Positions 17,331 through 27,144 are shown, counted from the stretch's first letter. The stretch: 64,000 nt of DNA from an uncultured Alphaproteobacteria bacterium (GCA_902541435.1 CACBQR010000002.1:515-64514), one strand, 5' to 3'. Notes: generated by a model not told the origin, from the letters alone. Made by a program: numbers and translations.

Positions 17331-18410
17331 TTAAATTGATTTTGCCGCTTTAGTTAAAATTGTCATTTTCTCAATTGCTTGTTCTCGAGTAAAGAAACCT
17401 AAACCACAATCTGGTGCAGCTATTAAGCGGTGTTCATCAATATGTTCAAGTGAATCTTTGATACGAACTCTTACTTCTTCAACAGATTCCATTCTGCTTT
17501 TTGCAATATCAATAAATCCAAAAATTACTTTTGTTTTAGTAAATTTTTCTAAAAGATTTAAATCATTATGCCTATGTGAATCTTCTAAAGATACTTCATC
17601 AATAGTTGAATCATCTACAAGTGATGCAATTCTATCATAAGCATCTAAATCAGCCTTTTTATAACCTTCTGAATCTAATGAATTAGGATAACCACAACAA
17701 ATATGGCAAACACGTTGCACTTCTTTAGGTATACCATGCATCATTCTTTCTAAATTTTCCATACCATATGAATGAGCTTCATCAGGCTTTCTAGCAAATA
17801 CTGGTTCATCAATTTGAATATACTGACAACCTGCATTTACAAGTGCTTTAACTTCTTTATTAAGGGCTAATGCTAAATCAAAACCAAGTTTTTTCATGTC
17901 ATCATAGTAGTTGTTAGCAATTGAATCTGTTATTGTCATTGGTCCAGGTAGGGTAATTTTAACTGGATTTTTTGTAAATTGTTGTGCACTCTTCCAGTCT
18001 AGATGCATACGTATTTCTTTACTTGAAATCGGTGCAACAATAGTTGGAAGATCAGCTTCGAACGCGCCTTGTCTTACTGACTTATGTGTAACTTCTTTAA
18101 AACTTACTCCATTTAAAAATCGACATTGATATAATACGTAACTCTCACGTCTGACTTCTCCATCTGTTGGAACATCAATACCCGCATTTACTTGATCAGT
18201 TATAACTTCTTTAATTGCTGCTAAAAATAATTTTTCAGCATCTGCACCTGCAGACTCTAATGCTTTTTCATATGCGCCAGGTGACCAATTTGATAATAAT
18301 CCTTTTGACGCTTTTCTCTCTTCTTCTGATTTTGTCCCTAAAAACCAATCTTGAATAGGTGTTTGTTTCGGTTTTGGATAAGCACCTATTGTAGTTGTTT
18401 TAAGAGGCAT
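17331..18410 (-). CDS. short cobalamin-independent methionine-synthase-like (MetE C-terminal domain) Zn-dependent methyltransferase
   Basis: 359 aa. N-terminal TTTIGAYPKP. Zn-ligand motifs HICCGYP and APDCGLGF. Confidence 0.75.
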   Translation of the reverse strand: MPLKTTTIGAYPKPKQTPIQDWFLGTKSEEERKASKGLLSNWSPGAYEKALESAGADAEKLFLAAIKEVITDQVNAGIDVPTDGEVRRESYVLYQCRFLNGVSFKEVTHKSVRQGAFEADLPTIVAPISSKEIRMHLDWKSAQQFTKNPVKITLPGPMTITDSIANNYYDDMKKLGFDLALALNKEVKALVNAGCQYIQIDEPVFARKPDEAHSYGMENLERMMHGIPKEVQRVCHICCGYPNSLDSEGYKKADLDAYDRIASLVDDSTIDEVSLEDSHRHNDLNLLEKFTKTKVIFGFIDIAKSRMESVEEVRVRIKDSLEHIDEHRLIAAPDCGLGFFTREQAIEKMTILTKAAKSI

Positions 18411-18442
18411 CTATTTTTACTCCCATTTAAATTTAAAATAAA

Positions 18443-18467
18443 ACAGCGGCTTTTATAAAGCCGCTGT
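18443..18467 (-). terminator. Rho-independent terminator downstream of the SBP gene
   Basis: ACAGCGGC-loop-GCCGCTGT (8-bp GC-rich stem), followed on the minus strand by TTTTATTTT. Confidence 0.7.
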
Positions 18468-18497
18468 AATAAAAAGTTAATAATAAATAATCTCAAA

Positions 18498-19751
18498 TTA
18501 CATAAGATCGTTTATTTCTTCCATCATTTCTTCTTGGAGATCACCCATATCATCAGCGTCGCCTGTAGCAATTTCTTCTGTGTAATCATAGATTACCTGC
18601 GTAACAGCTAATCCATTTTCTCCAGGATATGCAAACCAATCTGCAAGAAGTGGAAGTTGTTCAACTGCAGTAAGTTTATTAGGGTTTTTACTATAGAAAT
18701 CACCTAATAATTCATTCGCTGCTTTGTTTGGTGGAACATATCCAGTTGTTTCAGCAACTAATGCAGCACCGATACCTGATGTAATGAACTTTAAGAAAGT
18801 CCATGCAGCATCAACTCTTGCTGGATCATCAGATGTAGACACTAACATTGCAGCGTTTCCACCTGCTGGTAATCTTGCAGGTGTTCCATTGTTAACTCCA
18901 GCCATTCCAGGGAATGGTGCAGTCTTTAAAACAAAGTCTGCCTTTGCAGCATTAACTGAACCCAAGCTTGAAGTAGACCAGAACATCATACCAATTGTAC
19001 CTGCGTTAAACGCAGCTTGACCATCAGCAATTGAATAGTTTGGCATATTACATCCGCTCATGATTGCTTTCATTTGCTCTAACGTTGCAAGTCCTGCATC
19101 ACCACCCATATTTACAGCCCCATCTTTAACCATTGGAACATTCTGAGTGTGCATTAATGCTTGGTGGAACCAGTTACCTGTGATGTTCCAACCAAAGTAT
19201 AGAGTTCCTTTACCTGCTGCTTCCAATTTATTACATGCTGCAATAACTTCGTCCCAGTTAGTTGGAATACTATTTACACCTGCTTCAGCTAATAAATCCA
19301 TGTTATAATATCCAACTGGCGTTGATACAGAAAATGGTAATCCATAAACTTCACCACCAAATGTTGAAAGACTTAACATAGCAGAATGGTAACCATCTTT
19401 TTCAAAAGCAGCTTCTTTTGCAATAAATGGCTCTAAAGACTTAGCAATACCTTTGTCAACTAGAGGTGCTTGTCTGTTAAGACCTTGCATTGTTACATCT
19501 GGTAAATTACCTGAAGTAGACTCTCTGAAGATTGTTGCAGTTGCATCCTCATAGTTTTCATAAGTTGCTCTAAATTTAACTTGAATATCTGGATGTGCTT
19601 TTTCAAACTCTGGCATAATAGCTTGGAAAGTTACATCGAATAATCCTGAATAAGGATAAGCAACTTCTATTTCAATAGACTTAGCTGAATTAACAGAACC
19701 ATAAAAACCAAAAGCTAATACGGCTGCAAATCCTGTAATTAATTTTTTCAT
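18498..19751 (-). CDS. ABC transporter substrate-binding protein, family 1 (UgpB/CUT1-like); ligand unknown
   Basis: 417 aa with an N-terminal signal peptide (MKKLITGFAAVLAFGFYGSVNSA). Family-1 SBP architecture, noticeably higher GC than its surroundings, own terminator. Confidence 0.8.
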   Translation of the reverse strand: MKKLITGFAAVLAFGFYGSVNSAKSIEIEVAYPYSGLFDVTFQAIMPEFEKAHPDIQVKFRATYENYEDATATIFRESTSGNLPDVTMQGLNRQAPLVDKGIAKSLEPFIAKEAAFEKDGYHSAMLSLSTFGGEVYGLPFSVSTPVGYYNMDLLAEAGVNSIPTNWDEVIAACNKLEAAGKGTLYFGWNITGNWFHQALMHTQNVPMVKDGAVNMGGDAGLATLEQMKAIMSGCNMPNYSIADGQAAFNAGTIGMMFWSTSSLGSVNAAKADFVLKTAPFPGMAGVNNGTPARLPAGGNAAMLVSTSDDPARVDAAWTFLKFITSGIGAALVAETTGYVPPNKAANELLGDFYSKNPNKLTAVEQLPLLADWFAYPGENGLAVTQVIYDYTEEIATGDADDMGDLQEEMMEEINDLM

Positions 19752-19802
19752 TTAATCCCTCCGATTCAAATATAATATTAAACTAACACGTAGCCTCAAA
19801 GG

Positions 19803-19830
19803 GTTACAATTTTATTACGAAAATATTACT
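19803..19830 (-). promoter_or_regulatory. Candidate Pho-box-like element (three direct repeats at exact 11-bp spacing)
   Basis: Minus strand reads AGTAAT-N5-CGTAAT-N5-TGTAAC (plus-strand GTTAC 19803, ATTAC 19814, ATTAC 19825). It lies 52-79 nt upstream of the SBP start, and a GGAGGG RBS follows. Confidence 0.4.
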
Positions 19831-19887
19831 AAAAAATAAGCTTATTTTTCCACAGCATTAAGAAAAATTAGAGAAAAACTGGTTTAT

Positions 19888-21330
19888 TTACCAAGGTAGC
19901 GAAAAGGTTTTTACATTAGTAAAACTTTTCATTGCTTCAATAACACCCTCTTTGTAACCAAGACCTGAATCTTTAATTCCTCCAAAAGGAGACATTTCAA
20001 TTCTATAACCTGGAACCTCCCAAATATTTACCGTACCAACATTTAAACCTTGAATATATTTTTTTGCTCGCATGAAGTTATTTGTACATACACCAGATGA
20101 TAATCCGAATGCGGTTGAATTAGATATTTTCATTACAGCTTCATCGTCATTAGGCACACGAATGATTGGGATAACTGGACCAAATGTTTCTTCTAAAACT
20201 AATTCACTTTTAGGATCAACATGATCTACAACTATTGGAGGTAACAAAGCACCCTTTCTTCCAGGGTGATATAAAATTTTTGCGCCGTCTTCTTCAGCCA
20301 TAGAAACTCTTTTATCAAAAAGTTCTGCAGCTTGAGCATTAACAACTGTACCTAAGTCTGTTTCCATATTCATAGGATCACCAAATTTAATTTTCTTTGC
20401 ACGCTCAAGAGCCATTTCAACAAATTGATCTGCAATGGATTCTTGAACCAATATTCTTTTAACAGCTGTACAACGTTGACCAGAATTTTTCGTTGCTCCC
20501 GTAACAGCTAGTTCAACAGCTTTTTTAAGATCATCACCATCTAAGTCATTTAAAACAATTAATGGATCATTACCACCTAACTCAAGAACAGTTCTTTTGT
20601 ATCCAGCTTGTTCAGCAATTAATTTTCCTACACCCACACTGCCTGTAAAAGTAATTAGATCAATGTTTGGATTTTTGATCATTTCTGATCCAATGTCTTG
20701 AGGCCATCCAGTTACAACTGAAAACATTTCGGGTGGCAGGCCTGCTTCATATAAAACATCGGCGAGTACCATTGCTGTTAAAGGTGTTAATTCTGTTTGT
20801 TTACATACAGTACAATTATTAGTTGCAATTGAAGGTGCAATTTTATGCGCTACCATATTCAAAGGATGATTAAATGGGGTGATTGCTGAGATTGCCGTTA
20901 AAGGTTCTCTTATGGTAAATATTTTTCTGGCTTTTCCATGTGGAGTTAAATCACAAGAAAATATTTCTCCATCATCATGAATACAAAGTTGAGCCGTTAA
21001 TGAAAATACATCGAAAGCTCTTCCTACTTCGTATAAAGAATCTTGTTTTGAGATACCAAGTTCTAAAGTAATAATATCAGAAATTTCTTCTTTTCTTTTA
21101 ACAAGTACTTCTGCAGCAGTTTGAAGAATTTTTTGTCTCTCATATCTTGTAAGTTTAGGCTGATAATTTGCAGCTATATCTAAAGCCTTTCTTGCATGCT
21201 CTGCGGTACCGGCTGGAACCGTTCCGATTACTTCACCTGTAAAAGGGTACTCAACATTTATTGTTTTATCTGAAGTAACTTTTTCTCCAGCAATACGCAT
21301 TGCTTCATTAATCATTTTTTTGTGCATCAT
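19888..21330 (-). CDS. phnY: phosphonoacetaldehyde dehydrogenase (aldehyde dehydrogenase family)
   Basis: 480 aa ALDH. ELGGNDP and GQRCTA (catalytic Cys) are present. 4-nt overlap with phnA upstream. Specific function is inferred from context. Confidence 0.75.
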   Translation of the reverse strand: MMHKKMINEAMRIAGEKVTSDKTINVEYPFTGEVIGTVPAGTAEHARKALDIAANYQPKLTRYERQKILQTAAEVLVKRKEEISDIITLELGISKQDSLYEVGRAFDVFSLTAQLCIHDDGEIFSCDLTPHGKARKIFTIREPLTAISAITPFNHPLNMVAHKIAPSIATNNCTVCKQTELTPLTAMVLADVLYEAGLPPEMFSVVTGWPQDIGSEMIKNPNIDLITFTGSVGVGKLIAEQAGYKRTVLELGGNDPLIVLNDLDGDDLKKAVELAVTGATKNSGQRCTAVKRILVQESIADQFVEMALERAKKIKFGDPMNMETDLGTVVNAQAAELFDKRVSMAEEDGAKILYHPGRKGALLPPIVVDHVDPKSELVLEETFGPVIPIIRVPNDDEAVMKISNSTAFGLSSGVCTNNFMRAKKYIQGLNVGTVNIWEVPGYRIEMSPFGGIKDSGLGYKEGVIEAMKSFTNVKTFSLPW

Positions 21331-22568
21331 AGGGCTCCATTTATTGCATAATAAAATGCATCATAGTTATATAATTGTTTGCTAGTATCTAAGTTTTGTA
21401 ATTTTAAATTTGATATGAATGGCACTTCTCTTTCATGGAGTCCTCCATGAGAACGTAAAGGTTCATTTAATCCAGAAAGATTGTGTTTATCTTCCGATGA
21501 ACCAATAGTCATAAATTCTGAAGACATACATATAATATCTCCCATTCTATCAGGAGGTAAATTGTAAGTAGAGCATCCTTCATCTTTTGTTAAAACAACT
21601 TCTATATCTTTTATTTCTTTAATAGCATTTACAACTGAATCTACCTTGCTCTTGTCTTCTAAATAAATTGTTGCAAAAGAACCAAGTGAACCATGATGAA
21701 CAACATATGGATCTGTAATTGGTAGGATGACTTTAGCCATGTTTGGTTCAAATTTTTTATCTAAATAATCTTGTAAAAATATTGCATTAGGTGAACCATC
21801 TTCTTTTGATTTTGGTTTCATTCCGTGATCTGCTGTGATGATTATAGAAACATTCTCATTATTTAAAAGACCAATATATTTATCAAACATTGCATAAAAT
21901 TTATTTGCTGTTTCATTTCCCGGTGCATATTTGTGTTGAATATAATCCGTAGTCGATAAATACATAATATTTGGTTTAAACTCTTCAAGAAGTTTTACAC
22001 CTGCAGCCATCACAAATTCAGAGAGTCCTTCAGAATATACTTCTGGCACTGGCATCCCCAACCAATCGTTTACATTATCTATACCATTGAGATCTTTTGT
22101 TGCTTGATCAGATTTTTCAGCAGAAAAACAAATAGCTCTCTCATCATCAAAACTTAATCCGTTTCCTAAAAGTGTTCTCAACTTGTCTTTTGCAGTAACA
22201 AGAGCAATTTTAGAACCAGAATTGTAAAATTTTTCAAAAATAGTTGGTGCTCGCATATATTTTGGGTCATTCATCATAACTTCTTCACCAGTCTCAGGTG
22301 TATAAAAGAAGTTTCCGCATATACCGTGTACAGAACTTGGTTGGCCTGTTACAATCGAAATGTTATTTGGATTTGTAAAACTTGGAATAGCGCTGTGAAC
22401 AAGTAGGTTTTCACCACTTGCAATTAATTTATCAAGATTTGGTGTAAGATTAGATTTTGATGCTTCTTCGAGATACTCTTTTTGACTACCATCAAGGCAT
22501 ATAACAATAGCAGTTTTTGAGAAAGAGTTTGGATATTCTCTTTTATTAATTTCTAAATTATCGGACAC
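21327..22568 (-). CDS. phnA: phosphonoacetate hydrolase (alkaline-phosphatase superfamily)
   Basis: 413 aa, GTG start. [42 protein letters not shown]. Confidence 0.85.
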   Translation of the reverse strand: MSDNLEINKREYPNSFSKTAIVICLDGSQKEYLEEASKSNLTPNLDKLIASGENLLVHSAIPSFTNPNNISIVTGQPSSVHGICGNFFYTPETGEEVMMNDPKYMRAPTIFEKFYNSGSKIALVTAKDKLRTLLGNGLSFDDERAICFSAEKSDQATKDLNGIDNVNDWLGMPVPEVYSEGLSEFVMAAGVKLLEEFKPNIMYLSTTDYIQHKYAPGNETANKFYAMFDKYIGLLNNENVSIIITADHGMKPKSKEDGSPNAIFLQDYLDKKFEPNMAKVILPITDPYVVHHGSLGSFATIYLEDKSKVDSVVNAIKEIKDIEVVLTKDEGCSTYNLPPDRMGDIICMSSEFMTIGSSEDKHNLSGLNEPLRSHGGLHEREVPFISNLKLQNLDTSKQLYNYDAFYYAINGAL

Positions 22569-22744
22569 GAATTCAACTAATATATATTATTAAAAATACG
22601 AATTTATAGTTATCTGCTAGTTAAACTCAATCATAATTTGAATATTTGTTAATAAAATTGAAATAAAACTGAAATAAATAGATTTAAAATATTCTCAAAT
22701 TTAATAAAATTTTGTAGATTAAAGTTAAGATACAGGGGGAATGA

Positions 22745-23878
22745 GTGGGGACAATATCACTTAAAAATATTTCAAAGTCATTTGGGTCTACACAAGTACT
22801 TAATAATTTGAATGTTGATATAAACGATGGAGAATTCTTAACGTTAGTTGGTCCATCTGGTTGTGGTAAATCTACATTACTTAGAATAATTGCAGGATTG
22901 GAACAGCAGACTTCAGGTGATGTATTAATAGATAATAAAAATGTAAATAGAGTTAGAGCCAGTGAAAGAGATTTGGCAATGGTCTTCCAATCATATGCTC
23001 TTTATCCTCATCTCACAGTAAGAAGAAATTTAGAAACTCCATTAAGACTCAGGGATTATAATGCATTTGAAAGACTGCCCTTGATTGGTAATTTTTCTCC
23101 AAGCAAAAAAGAGAAAACAGAATCTATAAATCAATTAGTAAATAAAACTTCTGAAACTCTAAAAATTTCAGAACTATTGGATAGAAAACCAGGACAATTG
23201 TCAGGTGGTCAAAGACAAAGAGTTGCTCTTGGTCGTGCTATGGTTAGAGAGCCTGTTGCCTTTTTAATGGATGAGCCTCTTTCAAATTTAGATGCAGCTT
23301 TGAGAGTTCACATGCGATCTGAACTATCTGAACTTCATAATTCACTTAAAACTACTTTTGTGTACGTAACACATGATCAAGCAGAAGCGTTAACTATGTC
23401 TTCTAGAATGGCAGTTATGATTGATGGAAATTTATTACAACTAGATACACCTCAAGAAGTATATGATAATCCTTCCTCATTAAGTGTAGCTCAGTTTGTT
23501 GGAAGTCCAAAAATAAATATATTTAAAGGAACTTCGGACTCAAGTGGGACAGTAAGTTTTCTCAACGTTAATTTAAAAAGAAAAAGTTCTGAAAGTAATA
23601 CAGATTTACATATTGGTATTCGACCAGAACATTTAGAAATTACAAATGAAAGTAATGAAAATACATTTAGTGGAACAGTTGCATATAGAGAAAATTTAGG
23701 TTCAGATATTTTCTTTCATGTAAATATTGAAGACGGTTCAAATAAAATAATTGTAAGGGGCTTACCACAATTTACTCACCAAATTTCAAACGGTTCAAGT
23801 GTAAATATAAAAAGAGTTTCAGATAAAGCATTACTATTTAATCAAGCAGGAATGAGGGTTCAATTTACTAATGCATAA
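22745..23878 (+). CDS. ABC transporter ATP-binding protein, UgpC/MalK type
   Basis: 377 aa, GTG start after a GGGGGA RBS. GPSGCGKST, LSGGQRQR, FLMDEP, plus a C-terminal TOBE-like extension. Confidence 0.9.
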   Translation: MGTISLKNISKSFGSTQVLNNLNVDINDGEFLTLVGPSGCGKSTLLRIIAGLEQQTSGDVLIDNKNVNRVRASERDLAMVFQSYALYPHLTVRRNLETPLRLRDYNAFERLPLIGNFSPSKKEKTESINQLVNKTSETLKISELLDRKPGQLSGGQRQRVALGRAMVREPVAFLMDEPLSNLDAALRVHMRSELSELHNSLKTTFVYVTHDQAEALTMSSRMAVMIDGNLLQLDTPQEVYDNPSSLSVAQFVGSPKINIFKGTSDSSGTVSFLNVNLKRKSSESNTDLHIGIRPEHLEITNESNENTFSGTVAYRENLGSDIFFHVNIEDGSNKIIVRGLPQFTHQISNGSSVNIKRVSDKALLFNQAGMRVQFTNA

Positions 23879-24827
23879 TTCAAAAGCTCACATATGGTTT
23901 ATTGCTCCAGCAATCATACTGATGATAATTATTTTAATTTTTCCTCTTTTTCTTGCAGGAGGAATTTCTTTTACTGACTATAATTTGGGAAACAAAACAT
24001 TCGAGTGGGTTGGACTAGAAAATTATGACAAGATGTTCAATCGAAAAACATATGTCAAAATGATTTGGGCCACAGCGACGTATGTTATTATTGTCGTTCC
24101 AATTTCTGTTGTACTTGGATTATGTGCTGCAATGCTCTTAAATTCACTAAGGTTTGGCGCTGATATATATAAAACAATTTTCTTTCTTCCAGTTATGGCA
24201 ACTCTTCTTGCAATGGCAATTGCATGGGAATTTACTCTTCATCCAACATTAGGAATTGTAAATAGTTTTTTAGCAAATGGGTGTGGAGGAGTTAGGGAAT
24301 TCATTCTTGGTTTTCATTGGTTGCCGTGGGTAGACTCACAAGAAAGCTGGTATGCTGTAGCATGTGCAAACAACATGGATTTTCCATATTGGTTAAAACA
24401 AAAAAATACAGCGATTTGGACAGTATGTTTCATCGGAATTTGGCAGGCTTTTGGTTTTAACATGGTTTTATATTTAGCTGGCTTAACAAGTATACCAAGA
24501 GAGTTATACCAAGCAGCAGAAATGGATGGGGCTAAATCTACATGGGAACAATTTAAACTTGTTACATGGCCAATGCTTGGTCCAACAACGTTGTTTGTTG
24601 TGACTATTACTACCATTAGAACATTTCAGGTATTTGATACAATCGAAATACTGACCAAAGGTGGTCCATCAAAAACAACGTATGTCATGATGTATGCAAT
24701 TTTTGAAAAAGCTATTCAACAAAACTTAACAAGTATCGGTGCAGCAATCACTGTTGTCTTTATTGGATTTATTCTTGTGTTAACGTTTTTCCAAAGATAT
24801 GTCATTGAGAAGAGGGTTCATTATTAA
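23871..24827 (+). CDS. ABC transporter permease, UgpA/MalF-like
   Basis: 318 aa, 6 TM, EAA-type loop AAEMDGAKSTWEQFKLVTWP. Confidence 0.85.
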   Translation: MHNSKAHIWFIAPAIILMIIILIFPLFLAGGISFTDYNLGNKTFEWVGLENYDKMFNRKTYVKMIWATATYVIIVVPISVVLGLCAAMLLNSLRFGADIYKTIFFLPVMATLLAMAIAWEFTLHPTLGIVNSFLANGCGGVREFILGFHWLPWVDSQESWYAVACANNMDFPYWLKQKNTAIWTVCFIGIWQAFGFNMVLYLAGLTSIPRELYQAAEMDGAKSTWEQFKLVTWPMLGPTTLFVVTITTIRTFQVFDTIEILTKGGPSKTTYVMMYAIFEKAIQQNLTSIGAAITVVFIGFILVLTFFQRYVIEKRVHY

Positions 24828-25720
24828 TGGAAGCTAAACAATATATTGGGGAAGGTTGGAAGCATGCAATCTTAATAATTGGTGCTATCGTAGTAATGCT
24901 CCCTTTTTATATGATGGTTTCAATGTCATTAAAATCTCAGCAAGAAATCCAATCAATTTCTGGTGGTCTCATTGGTGCGCAAGAAACTCAAACGTTTCCC
25001 GTATGTGTTAAAACTGGCTATTCAGAAGAAACATGTACAATGAAGCCATATCAATACAACTATTGGTTTGCTTTTGAAAAAGCTCCTATTCCTAGATACT
25101 TAATGAATGGTGTCATTGTTACTTTATCAATCTTCATCATTCAGGTTTTAGTCGCCTTACCATGTGCGTATGCACTCGCAAAGTTACGGTTTTACGGACG
25201 AGAATTTGTTTTCTCGATGGTTTTATTTTGCTTGCTCATTCCAGTTCACGGAATTGCGCTTCCATTATATGTTATGTTGGCTCAGGCAGGATTAGTTGAC
25301 ACCTATTCCGCCTTGATACTTCCCTGGACTATATCGGTGTTTGGAATTTTTTTAATGCGACAATTTTTTATGACTGTGCCCGATGAATTAATTGACGCCG
25401 CCAGGATGGATGGAATGGGAGAGTATGCTATAGTCTGGAAAGTAATGCTTCCAACTGCAATACCAGCATTACTTGCTTTTGCAATATTCTCAGTTGTTGC
25501 ACACTGGAATGATTATTTCTGGCCTCGTATGGTAATAACAGGAAATAGAGATCTCTTTACTCCACCACTTGGTATCAGAGAATTCAGAGGTGGAATTGAT
25601 AGTGACGAATTTGGTCCAATGATGGCTTCGATAGTTACTGTAACTGTTCCTCTTATTGTTGCTTTTATAATCGCGCAAAAACGATTTATTGAAGGAATTA
25701 CTTTGACAGGCATGAAGTAA
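24827..25720 (+). CDS. ABC transporter permease, UgpE/MalG-like
   Basis: 297 aa, EAA loop AARMDGMGEYAIVWKVMLP. Confidence 0.85.
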   Translation: MEAKQYIGEGWKHAILIIGAIVVMLPFYMMVSMSLKSQQEIQSISGGLIGAQETQTFPVCVKTGYSEETCTMKPYQYNYWFAFEKAPIPRYLMNGVIVTLSIFIIQVLVALPCAYALAKLRFYGREFVFSMVLFCLLIPVHGIALPLYVMLAQAGLVDTYSALILPWTISVFGIFLMRQFFMTVPDELIDAARMDGMGEYAIVWKVMLPTAIPALLAFAIFSVVAHWNDYFWPRMVITGNRDLFTPPLGIREFRGGIDSDEFGPMMASIVTVTVPLIVAFIIAQKRFIEGITLTGMK

Positions 25721-25734
25721 ATTCTTATCTACTG

Positions 25735-26583
25735 ATGACATTGTCAGTAAATTTTATTTTTATCTTAATTCTTGTATCTGCTCTATGTCACGCAGTTTGG
25801 AGTGCTATAATAAAATCAAGTAAGAACCCTTTATCGTTAATGGGTATAACATCTGTCTTAGAAGTTACTATTTTTTTACCCTTAACATTTACTGTTCCAT
25901 TTCCAACTTTGGAGGTTTGGTATTTTTTAATTGCAACTGTAATCATTCATGTCTTCTACAGACTAAATGTTATCTACTCATATAGGTACGGTGATCTCTC
26001 TTACATATATCCAATTTCTAGAGGAAGTTCATGTTTGTTTGTAGCGATCATTAGTATTTTATTTTTAAGTTCTGATATTAGTGTTGCTGGTTTCGTAGGA
26101 ATTTTAATTGTTTGTATTGGGTTATTTTTAATTTCTTATTCTAAAAATTTATCTTTTAACTTCAGAGGTTTTGCTCTCGCAATATCAACGGCTATTCTAA
26201 TTACTGCTTACACTTTAGTTGACGGAGTCGGGGTGAGACTTTCTGAAAATGGTTTTTCCTATATTTACTGGCTCTTCACACTTAATGGAATACCTTTGCT
26301 AATTATTGGTTTGATCTCGAAAGATGGTTTACGAAAAAGAGAAACATACACATTTAGATCGGGGATTGCTGCTGGTGTATTTGCAACAAGTAGTTACGCA
26401 ATTGTTGTTTGGAGTATGCAATTTATAGAAATAGCGTATGTCTCAAGTATCAGAGAAATCAGTATTGTCTTTGCCACCATTATTGGAATGGTTTTTTTAT
26501 TTGAAAGAAATGCTAAATCGAGAATAATTCCCTCTATTTTAATAGTAAGTGGTATTTCAGTGGTCTATTTTCAAATTCTTTAG
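25735..26583 (+). CDS. EamA/DMT-family transporter
   Basis: 282 aa, about 10 TM, two-repeat DMT architecture. Confidence 0.65.
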   Translation: MTLSVNFIFILILVSALCHAVWSAIIKSSKNPLSLMGITSVLEVTIFLPLTFTVPFPTLEVWYFLIATVIIHVFYRLNVIYSYRYGDLSYIYPISRGSSCLFVAIISILFLSSDISVAGFVGILIVCIGLFLISYSKNLSFNFRGFALAISTAILITAYTLVDGVGVRLSENGFSYIYWLFTLNGIPLLIIGLISKDGLRKRETYTFRSGIAAGVFATSSYAIVVWSMQFIEIAYVSSIREISIVFATIIGMVFLFERNAKSRIIPSILIVSGISVVYFQIL

Positions 26584-26627
26584 TTAAAAAACATAGACAT
26601 TTTGGGTTAAAATTTTATATGAGTTTT

Positions 26628-26789
26628 ATGGCAGATGATATTGTTGAAGTTGATCCTAAAACTGAAACTATCTCTTGCGATGGTGGTGAAGATGGTTTAG
26701 GACATCCCGCAGTTTATTATACCTTCAATAATGAGAATAAAATTATTTGTGGTTATTGTGGTAAAATATTTATAAGAAAAGAAGATTAA
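26628..26789 (+). CDS. zinc-finger (zf-CHCC) small protein; not in the ORF track
   Basis: 53 aa: MADDIVEVDPKTETISCDGGEDGLGHPAVYYTF..ICGYCGKIF. The C-x8-H...C-x2-C pattern is typical of alphaproteobacterial zf-CHCC proteins. An in-frame alternative ATG lies at 26619. Confidence 0.65.
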   Translation: MADDIVEVDPKTETISCDGGEDGLGHPAVYYTFNNENKIICGYCGKIFIRKED

Positions 26790-26790
26790 A

Positions 26791-27144
26791 ATGTATAAAG
26801 AATCCTGGGGTAATAAAAGAACGTGTCCGTGCAATAAGATACAATATTATGATCTTAATTTAGATAAAATGGATTGTCCTGAGTGTGGTAAAGAAATTGA
26901 AGTAACAACACTAGCTAGACCGCGAAGAGGGAGAAAGCCAGGAAGTACAAACGCGGCGCCACTCGCAAATCCAATTCCCCCAAAACCAAAAGAAAAAGAT
27001 GATGATCTTGATATCGATAATTTGGATGTAGATGACAATGAAGACAATCTTGAAGATGATACTGTTTTATTAGAAGATGAAACAGAAATTGATCCAATAG
27101 CTGAAGGTATTAAACCTAAAGACGACGGCGAAGAAGAATACTAA
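26791..27144 (+). CDS. FYDLN_acid (TIGR02300) family protein
   Basis: 117 aa. N-terminal CPC..I.YYDLN....CPECG zinc ribbon followed by an acidic D/E-rich tail. Confidence 0.7.
   Translation: MYKESWGNKRTCPCNKIQYYDLNLDKMDCPECGKEIEVTTLARPRRGRKPGSTNAAPLANPIPPKPKEKDDDLDIDNLDVDDNEDNLEDDTVLLEDETEIDPIAEGIKPKDDGEEEY

Noticed and set aside
22713-22729. TGTAGA-N5-GTTAAG, a second 11-bp-spaced pair upstream of the ABC ATPase gene
   Set aside because: It ends only ~16 nt before the GTG start codon and overlaps the RBS region, which is too close to serve as a -35-replacing Pho box. The hexamers also match poorly.
26847-27097. Two 60-66-aa minus-strand ORFs opposite the FYDLN_acid gene
   Set aside because: They are artefacts of the acidic low-complexity tail (GAT/GAA repeats read as S/L-rich antisense).
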